The notes beneath the pieces are model-generated. The model was not told the origin of the DNA, ran no database searches, and saw only the letters and a program-made list of their open reading frames with translations. DNA of 53,644 nucleotides, taken from positions 1 to 53,644 of the forward strand of contig CBDVCO010000003.1 in the NCBI GenBank assembly GCA_965372515.1, written 5' to 3'. Shown one piece after another: positions 48,301-53,644 of the stretch. The position numbers and the translations under genes were made by a program. The DNA is from an uncultured bacterium. GTDB taxonomy: Bacteria; Desulfobacterota; GWC2-55-46; JAJCZF01. Within the stretch, counting starts at the first letter, position 1. Every line of letters starts with the position of its first letter.

Positions 48301-49121
48301 TTGGTGCACTCCGAATAGTCAGGGGCCATGACGACAACCTTACAACCGCCGTGGCGTGTCTCACTAAGGAAGTGACAATCCGCGGTCCTTGTCCTGTTCG
48401 GCGTAGCGCCGAGAAGAACGAGGTAGCCAGCGTTGTACCAATCCGCACTCTCACCGACGTCGGTCTGCTCACCCCAGATTTCGGGTGAAGACGGCGGGAG
48501 ATCTGTGTAGTAATCGTAGAAGCTCATGGAGACGCCACCTATAAGCTGGTGGTACCTGGCGCCGGATGCGTAGCTTATCTGGCTCATCGCCGGGATAACC
48601 GAGAAGCTTATGTTCCTGTCCGGTCCCCATTTCTTGATTGTGTAGATGTGTGCCGAGGTGATTATCTCAGCGGCGGTGTCCCAATCGAAACGACGGAATC
48701 CGCCCTTACCCCTCGACCATTTGATCTTCTTGTGGAGTTCCTGGTTCTCTACTATGCTCGCCCATGCCTCTACCGGGTCGGAGTGCTTGCTCTTTGCCTC
48801 CTTCCAGGCGTCCTGCAGGATACCCCTTACATACGGGTACTTGATCCTTACGGGACTGTAGACATACCAGGATGAGCTGATTCCCCTCTGACAACCCCTT
48901 GGCTCATACGGAGGTACGGTGTCGTCAAGCTTGGGATAATCGAGCGCCTGAAATTCCCATGTGATAATTCCGTCCTTTACATATACCATCCAGCTACAAC
49001 CGCCAGTGCAGTTGTTGCCGTGTGTGCTGCGAACCGTCTTGTCGTACTGCCAACGGTTCCTGTAAAACTCTTCCCAGCCTCTTTTTGCCGGGTCGACTAT
49101 ATCTTGAATCCACGTAGCCAT
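45399..49121 (-). CDS. narG: Nitrate reductase / nitrite oxidoreductase alpha (Mo-bisPGD) subunit, cytoplasmic type
   Basis: RSTHGNNCTGGC, EPRGCQRG, SFYDYYTDLP, NHYVGQEK, RTLTGRQ, TPHGKWQIHS; no Tat signal. Confidence 0.95.
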   Translation of the reverse strand: MATWIQDIVDPAKRGWEEFYRNRWQYDKTVRSTHGNNCTGGCSWMVYVKDGIITWEFQALDYPKLDDTVPPYEPRGCQRGISSSWYVYSPVRIKYPYVRGILQDAWKEAKSKHSDPVEAWASIVENQELHKKIKWSRGKGGFRRFDWDTAAEIITSAHIYTIKKWGPDRNISFSVIPAMSQISYASGARYHQLIGGVSMSFYDYYTDLPPSSPEIWGEQTDVGESADWYNAGYLVLLGATPNRTRTADCHFLSETRHGGCKVVVMAPDYSECTKYADLWVPVKTGSDGAVWMAINHVILKEFYVDRQVPYFVEYQKAYTDLPHLVKFEQGKNGNEMGRLLKACDLAEYADTDNPEWKFAMWDPETDKPVIVNGGMGFRYPKKDESHGKWNTLNNEEKTGKQIDPLLTFIDCMDEAVEVNFYELDAGEVYKRQVPVKYVETVGGKIPVTTLFDMQMSHCGVARAGLSGDFASSYDDDKSFSPAWQEKYSGIGRDTIIQMAREWANNAEVTKGRSQVIVGASINHWYHADLIYRAFTGALMLCGCIGRNGGGMNHYVGQEKLAAFDSWGQIALGLDWARPPRLQNTPSYWYIHTQQFKYDSAITDYVPVPDPEKLDYEHTADYNVRAVRMGALPWYPQFNKSSIALADEAVKAGATTDAEIVDYTVKQLKSGALQFAIEDPDAPENWPRVWMIWRANALGSSARGQEYFFKFLLGTHNNVGADEVAKPFLKELNYRESPLGKIDLITDLNMRMNTTPTYADIVLPAAHWYEKEDVNTTDLHSFIHPMGAAVPPNWEAKSDWDAFKFLTEKFSETAKKHLPASKDVVSCPLQHDSPGEITQPALNGIEDWKKGDCELIPGVTAPSLSVITRDYPNIANRWRSFGPLMRGKYGFHGIMVDGGPYYEEYINKKHTMTHSFDGDTYISLETAKEAINVEMFFSGVTNGEVQYEQWKIEEHHTGLEGAGYEQCKTESVRILGEDHLPKDKHWHGLADEIGGPTRATRMTYDDIMAQPRRVLASPLWTGDTRGGRPYTAYSMQIDYRLPWRTLTGRQHYYLDHPMFLDFGEGLMTHKYKLDPKKMNEIEKSDRSGAIECNYITPHGKWQIHSTHYDNLRMLTLSRGGNSIWVNDRDAESVGIRDNDWVEAYNDNGIFCCRAIVSARIPSGVAFAYHSQERTVNVPKAEQRNKIRGGFHNSLTRQRLKPTLMAGGYGQLSYSFNGWGPIPIIRDTTVLVRKMKNQEVKW

Positions 49122-49682
49122 CTATTTCCCTCCTTTTCCGCCGTAATTTCTCCATAGGGCATCGTGGGCCGTACCTTGGCACCTATTGCGGTATCTTCCG
49201 CCCCAGATAATACTAAAGGCGATCATCAGCGCAATAAAGCCGATAATGCCACCTCCAACAAACTTGCTTGTTCCTGTAGTCTGGCTCTTATCAGCTTGAA
49301 CGCTGAAGAAAGCCTGTAGATCAGCGACCTCTTCTGGAGTAACGTCCTTGTCCTTGAATGTCGGGCCCATGACCGGGATACCGTCACTGTTGATCCAGTC
49401 GGCATTAATGAAGAAAGATTTCTCCGCCCAAACCTTTGTAAGGTCCGGACCAAGTGAGCCTCCTCCTAAGGCGCCTACACCTGCATTGTGACAAGATATG
49501 CAAGGCGGTCCGCCATTTTTAAGCCTTGTTTCACCAGTAAACAAAGCCTTCCCAGCCTTATAGTTTCCTGAGCCAGCGATCTCCCCGGCTATTGCAGTTA
49601 CGGGTAGCAACAAAAATATAATAAACGCTACCAACCAAACCTGCAGCCTACTCCAAAAAGCCCCCCCGTAAGATAGCTGCAT
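49122..49682 (-). CDS. narC: Membrane-anchored monoheme cytochrome c, first gene of the nar operon (NarC-like)
   Basis: Signal peptide, CISCH, GPDLT, distal PVM, C-terminal TM; abuts narG. Confidence 0.82.
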   Translation of the reverse strand: MQLSYGGAFWSRLQVWLVAFIIFLLLPVTAIAGEIAGSGNYKAGKALFTGETRLKNGGPPCISCHNAGVGALGGGSLGPDLTKVWAEKSFFINADWINSDGIPVMGPTFKDKDVTPEEVADLQAFFSVQADKSQTTGTSKFVGGGIIGFIALMIAFSIIWGGRYRNRCQGTAHDALWRNYGGKGGK

Positions 49683-49823
49683 ACTACTACCTCCTTCCTT
49701 TTAATGACATAGCCAGGGCGGAAAAACCCTTAAATTTTTAGGTTCCGCCCCGACCGGTTATAAGGTTAAAAAACTCTGTAACTACCTTCGGACTATATAT
49801 ATATATGTGGATTTAACAGAGGG

Positions 49824-49852
49824 ATTATTAAACTTTCCTTATTAGATGTCAA
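49824..49852 (-). promoter_or_regulatory. Putative sigma70 promoter of the nar operon
   Basis: TTGACA followed 16-17 nt later by TAATAAT. Confidence 0.5.
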
Positions 49853-50007
49853 GGCAAAAAACGGCCTTTTTGGAATTTAATTGCCCCTAATAAAAGGGTC
49901 TCCAGAGCCTGCGACAAAAAACCCAATAATATTAGTTATCTCTCTTATAAGCCTTGATAGCGCCATCGTGCGGCGGATCGGGTGAGAGAGCCCGCTAGCA
50001 AGACGTA

Positions 50008-50056
50008 AGAGGACCCTGAGGTCTTATTTAGGACTTCAGGGCCTCTTTTCTCTTCT
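50008..50056 (+). terminator. Plus-strand terminator-like hairpin with no plus-strand CDS upstream
   Basis: CCCTGAGGTCTTA-TT-TAGGACTTCAGGG, with two G.U pairs on the plus strand, then CCTCTTTTCTCTT. Confidence 0.55.
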
Positions 50057-50189
50057 TTAGGAGATGATTAAATTAGAGTTAGTTAATGCGGAAACATATT
50101 TAAAGATACTTTGCGGGTTATTAAAAAAAAGTTGGATATCTTTGGGAGGTAAAAAAAGAGGGAGGGGGTAAGCGTGGAGAGAGGTAATC

Positions 50190-50660
50190 TCAGCGGTCAT
50201 CCCCTTGCTTGGCTTTTGGCTTATTCTTATTATAGGTAAGGCGGCCGATGGACTTATTAAGGACGCCCCCTCTGGAAAGGAACCCTACCGCGGGCTTTCG
50301 CCTCTCGCCGAGTTCTTCCTGTAAGTGTCTTAACCCAACATGGGTGGGGTCATGTTTGAGCCCCTTCTCTACAGCCTTAACTGCGAGAGCCTTCTTCTTG
50401 GAGAGGAGATAGATCTTCGCCAGGTTATTATATATATCGGGGTTCGTAATATCGCTCTTCAAACTCTTTATACAGAGCACCAGCGCTCTATCGAAGTCAC
50501 TGCCTTCACCCTCGGCGCCTGCCTTGCTCAACGCAAAGTGAGAGTTCAGCAGCGGCGTGTCCAGAAGGCCCTCATGTTTTACGAAGATATCCATAGCTTC
50601 CAGGTAACTGCCTGAATCGTTAAGCCTCATGGCCTTTAAAAGTTCTTCCTCCTGATTCAC
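50190..50660 (-). CDS. Tetratricopeptide-repeat protein
   Basis: NPDIYNNLAKIYL...A...VEKGL..DP, and LGERRKPAVGFLSR...LN..IG; probable GTG start at 50660. Confidence 0.8.
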   Translation of the reverse strand: MNQEEELLKAMRLNDSGSYLEAMDIFVKHEGLLDTPLLNSHFALSKAGAEGEGSDFDRALVLCIKSLKSDITNPDIYNNLAKIYLLSKKKALAVKAVEKGLKHDPTHVGLRHLQEELGERRKPAVGFLSRGGVLNKSIGRLTYNKNKPKAKQGDDR

Positions 50661-50768
50661 CCGCACTACCCCTCTACCTGTATAGTTTAAGAATAACGCA
50701 ATTAACCGGACACCTCTCACTTATTTATATACGGTTTTATACGATCTGTAAACGTAAAAGTAGAGTTT

Positions 50769-50897
50769 GGGGGCCCGCCTCTCTCATAAGCCAGCAAAGG
50801 GCCAACTGGAGGTTTCAAGAGGGGGTGGAGGCTCTTTGTACGCCCGGCTCTCAACTCCGGTAAATCCGGAGGAGAACTCAAAAGAGCGCGGGCCCCC
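50769..50897 (-). ncRNA. Candidate structured RNA (multi-branched fold)
   Basis: 10-bp closing stem GGGGGCCCGC/GCGGGCCCCC, extendable with G.U pairs on the minus strand, enclosing two to three internal hairpins. Confidence 0.35.
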
Positions 50898-50967
50898 GTG
50901 GCTCACGATCAATTTTTATACCAACAGCCGCGGAAGTCTCCTCTCAGTCGAGAGAAAAAATATGCGC

Positions 50968-51393
50968 TCAAGAAAACTTGCTCTTCCTGGTGCGCCTTCT
51001 AAGCCTCATCACAAGCATCAGGAACAAGAGGCCGGCTAGAAGAATAGGCCACTGGTTCTGCCTCCCGTAAGTAGTATTAATGCTCTCGCGAAACGCGACA
51101 TCTACAGCGCTACCTACACCATCAAGCTTCATTCTAATTACTGAGGAGAGAACCACTACCGGGTTTGACGCTTTTGTTACCCTGGCCTCATCTACAGGCT
51201 CCTCATCTTCAAAGAACGCATCGAATGCAAGACTCTCCTGAGATGTTACTTCGTTCTCAACAAAACCCGTATCTCTTGCTTCTCCTAAAAAAAACACATC
51301 GCCATATGCCGCTGTGGCTGAAGAGGCAAGGAGAGTAATAACCAGGAAACCAAATACTGTTCTAAGCGATATCCTCTGTTGAATCGTACCCAT
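50968..51393 (-). CDS. Hypothetical exported protein with C-terminal TM and basic tail
   Basis: Signal peptide (..LLASSATAAYG), acidic middle, ends WPILLAGLLFLMLVMRLRRRTRKSKFS. ATG 51393 follows an AGGAG; upstream in-frame starts exist. Confidence 0.65.
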   Translation of the reverse strand: MGTIQQRISLRTVFGFLVITLLASSATAAYGDVFFLGEARDTGFVENEVTSQESLAFDAFFEDEEPVDEARVTKASNPVVVLSSVIRMKLDGVGSAVDVAFRESINTTYGRQNQWPILLAGLLFLMLVMRLRRRTRKSKFS

Positions 51394-51486
51394 GGCTGAA
51401 CTCCTGTTTTTGCTACCGGCGGACAGGCCTAAAGCCCGGTCCATTTTTTTATCCTGCATCAAAAAACCAATCTAAAAACCTTGAAA

Positions 51487-51518
51487 ACAAAAAAACCGCC
51501 AAAGAAATCTTTGGCGGT
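51487..51518 (-). terminator. Riboswitch expression-platform terminator
   Basis: CCGCCAAAGA-TT-TCTTTGGCGG followed by T7; its 5' arm overlaps the 3' strand of aptamer P1. Confidence 0.88.
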
Positions 51519-51595
51519 TCGACAGGCATAGCGATGTGGCTGTAGCCTCGTAACTCTGCGTCCCCCGGTTTCCCGGGGTTTGCTCTGAGCAAAGG
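51508..51595 (-). ncRNA. GEMM-I (c-di-GMP-I class) riboswitch, A20 variant
   Basis: CUUUGCUCAGAGCAAACCCCGGGAAACCGGGGGACGCAGAGUUACGAGGCUACAGC...GCUAUGCCUGUCGAACCGCCAAAG. It has GCAAA, a GAAA tetraloop on P2, GACGCA, and P1 CUUUG/CAAAG. Confidence 0.9.
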
Positions 51596-51616
51596 AAAAA
51601 GATATTTTCTAGGTAT

Positions 51617-51645
51617 AGCTTACACTATATACTACGCCCCGTCAA
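51617..51645 (-). promoter_or_regulatory. sigma70 promoter driving the riboswitch leader
   Basis: TTGACG-N17-TAAGCT. Confidence 0.65.
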
Positions 51646-51664
51646 GAATTTTCTCAATAAAAAC

Positions 51665-51686
51665 GATGCTATAGCGCTATAGCATC
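51665..51686. promoter_or_regulatory. Perfect 22-bp palindrome between divergent promoters
   Basis: GATGCTATAGC-GCTATAGCATC. Confidence 0.5.
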
Positions 51687-51785
51687 TCAAGTCTCATGAA
51701 AAATCGGCTTCTTTTCCAATTATGCCTAGCTGGACAGTGTGGTTTTGACTTAATTTAGGCCCTGTGTTTATATTGTAGGCTGCCA

Positions 51786-53441
51786 ATGAAGAGCCCTCTG
51801 GATAAAATAGACGCGCTTGGTGAGAGACAAGTTATCATCTATATAATGGTGGTAACGGCCATAATCTTTCTGATGCTCATAAACGCCGACCCTCTGCCCG
51901 ATATAATGGAGGCGCGGAACCTAGTAAGCGCGCGCGAATGCGTGGAGGACGGCAACTGCTTTGTCACGACCATGAACGGAGTTACGCGCGTACGTAAACC
52001 CCCTTTGCCCACATGGGTCACGGCCGGGGCCATGTACATTACGGGGAGTACGAAGAATATCTACGCGGCGAGGCTACCGAACGTCTTACTGATGTGTATG
52101 GCCTCGCTCTTCGTCTATCTAACGGCCAGGAGATGGATGGATAAATCTCTCGCCCTTATTGCCGCGCTAAGCGTCGTGACATTCGTCGTTATGCAAAACG
52201 AGGCGCGCCGGATCACCTGGGACATCTTCACCACGGCATTCGCCTTCGGCGGCGTATGGACGCTCCTTAGGGCGATGGCCCCGCGCGCGCCAAAGGTGGC
52301 TATGGCCCGCGCAAATCCGTGGCCTTGGCTTATCGCTTCCATTATATTCTGGTCGCTCTCAGTGCTAAGTAAAGGCCCTCTCTCCATATACTCTGTCTTC
52401 ATCCCATTTGTCGCGGCAATGGCGATCAGCAAAGACCGAAGGAATTACAGATGGTGGGTGCCGGTAGTTACCATTATAGTAGCCGTCCTTTTAGGCTCGT
52501 CGTGGTGGGCCTATATCTATCTGGCCCACCCGGAGATAATAGCAAGGCTCTCGGGTGAGGTCGGCTCGTGGACGTCAAAGCACAAGAACGGCCCTCTCTA
52601 CTATCTCTTTCGCCTGCCGCTGCTCATCTTTCCCTGGCTGGCGGCCTTGCTCGGCTCTTTGATACTCCCCTATATAAAAGGTAGGGACAATAGAGCGCTT
52701 CTCGATGATGAAAAGAAAGAACAGATAAAATTCTTTATAATCTGGCTCGTGGTCTCGTTCGTGCTCTTAAGCCTTGCGCCGCAGAAAAAATACCGCTATT
52801 TGATGGGCATGCTCATGCCCGCTTCTTTGGCGCTCGCCTTCTTTATAGGAGAGGTACGCGAGCGCGGGATCTCGGGCCTGCCCACAACACTTCGCACTCT
52901 CTGGACGCTCCACACGATCCAGGTCCCTATCGCGGCCCTCGGGCTTATGGCAATTGCCGTCTATAGCGTGACTAATCTAGATACACCGCCGTGGATTCTG
53001 GTCTTTATTATTCCTCTCGCCGGGCTCATTTATTTTTCGCTCCGGCATTGGCGCTCTGTTGGCCACGTGGCGCTCGCGACGGTATTCCTGATGCTCCTCG
53101 CCGCGTTTGTCGTCGGCCTCAATGCCCGCGACTATATCACTCGCGGAGCCGGCGGCGCGCTTGAACTGGCCAGTGCGCTAAAGGTAGCCGAAGATACCTG
53201 CGATCAGACCCTCTACGCGTTCAGGGACGACATAGAGATCGTCTGGATAACCGGGAGAAAAAATATCCCAATAAGAAAGGATACCATTATAGAAGAGAGC
53301 CCGGCGCTGGTGCTCGCGAGCGAACGTGACGAGACGAATTTCAGAATGTGGGCCGCCTCGAAGAAACTGACCTCCTACGAGATGTACCGGTTCCGCTACA
53401 AGGAGGACTACACTATCTACAAGATAAAGAACACAGACTAG
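51786..53441 (+). CDS. ArnT/PMT-like glycosyltransferase (GT-C fold)
   Basis: EARNLVSARE, KPPLPTW, ARLP, SKGP, P.YY, FPW, KKYRYL; many TMs. Confidence 0.88.
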   Translation: MKSPLDKIDALGERQVIIYIMVVTAIIFLMLINADPLPDIMEARNLVSARECVEDGNCFVTTMNGVTRVRKPPLPTWVTAGAMYITGSTKNIYAARLPNVLLMCMASLFVYLTARRWMDKSLALIAALSVVTFVVMQNEARRITWDIFTTAFAFGGVWTLLRAMAPRAPKVAMARANPWPWLIASIIFWSLSVLSKGPLSIYSVFIPFVAAMAISKDRRNYRWWVPVVTIIVAVLLGSSWWAYIYLAHPEIIARLSGEVGSWTSKHKNGPLYYLFRLPLLIFPWLAALLGSLILPYIKGRDNRALLDDEKKEQIKFFIIWLVVSFVLLSLAPQKKYRYLMGMLMPASLALAFFIGEVRERGISGLPTTLRTLWTLHTIQVPIAALGLMAIAVYSVTNLDTPPWILVFIIPLAGLIYFSLRHWRSVGHVALATVFLMLLAAFVVGLNARDYITRGAGGALELASALKVAEDTCDQTLYAFRDDIEIVWITGRKNIPIRKDTIIEESPALVLASERDETNFRMWAASKKLTSYEMYRFRYKEDYTIYKIKNTD

Positions 53442-53455
53442 CCCACCACACTCCA

Positions 53456-53483
53456 TTGACAAGCCCCAAATCCCTGTTAAAAT
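53456..53483 (+). promoter_or_regulatory. sigma70 promoter
   Basis: TTGACA-N16-TAAAAT, preceded by TG. Confidence 0.6.
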
Positions 53484-53565
53484 ATTTTTATAGGCTTATT
53501 CAGTAAATCAATGGAGGTGGGCGGTAAGTTCTTATCTCCCACCTGACAGAGGGCGAGATAAAGAG

Positions 53566-53644
53566 ATGGAACTCAATAGAGATCTTCTAAAATCGCTCCT
53601 TGTCTTCGGAGCGGTCATCGAAGCCAGAGACGCCTATACCGGCG
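53566..53644 (+). CDS. 5' end of a probable HD-GYP domain protein (partial)
   Basis: MELNRDLLKSLLVFGAVIEARDAYTG... matches the 'EARDxYTxGH' entry motif of HD-GYP domains; only 26 codons are visible. Confidence 0.65.
   Translation, partial: MELNRDLLKSLLVFGAVIEARDAYTG

Noticed and set aside
44036-48875. Many long plus-strand ORFs opposite narG/narH (also opposite the narK genes)
   Set aside because: These are antisense shadows of strongly codon-biased genes, with no RBS or recognisable motifs.
49794-49806. (TA)6 run in the nar leader as a ModE site or contingency repeat
   Set aside because: It lacks the flanking CG(T/C)/ACG of ModE boxes and is too short to stand out in an AT-rich spacer.
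1-53644. CRISPR array, tRNA/rRNA genes, prophage or integrase
   Set aside because: I saw no regularly spaced repeats, cloverleaf or rRNA signatures, or phage/recombinase proteins.

Overview
Bacterial chromosome segment of about 53.6 kb, moderately GC-rich and gene-dense. The gene content (LapA-LapB fusion, sigma54-type lpxC promoter, NarC-type nitrate reductase cluster, GEMM-I riboswitch) suggests a deltaproteobacteria-like / Desulfobacterota-like organism; this is inference. The left half is mostly housekeeping: arsS (partial), YhaM-like HD nuclease, an epimerase, an archease-rtcB-GIDE-lemA operon, a LysW-like zinc ribbon, a carbamoyltransferase-SxtJ-SxtK triad, gpmI, lapB, rlmH, rsfS, nadD, rarA, frameshifted prfB, lnt, dgkA-PAP2, ybeY, phoH and lpxC. 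The right half is a nitrate/nitrite island of about 23 kb. It holds a molybdenum cofactor and molybdate uptake operon, narC-G-H-J-I with two NarK transporters, and poorly characterised accessory genes (DUF2769-like, NosD-like, His-containing 4-TM protein, USP, Cys-rich hemerythrin, DUF2299-like). The catalytic subunits resemble the cytoplasmic NXR / Geobacter-type NAR clade rather than E. coli NarGH. Non-coding highlights are an A20-variant GEMM-I riboswitch (predicted 3',3'-cGAMP sensor) upstream of an orphan surface protein, a complete sigma54/IHF/enhancer promoter at lpxC, two copies of a foldback element, several candidate structured RNAs and several apparently leaderless genes. I saw no tRNA, rRNA, CRISPR array, transposase or integrase. 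All family assignments come from motif recognition by eye, not from database searches.
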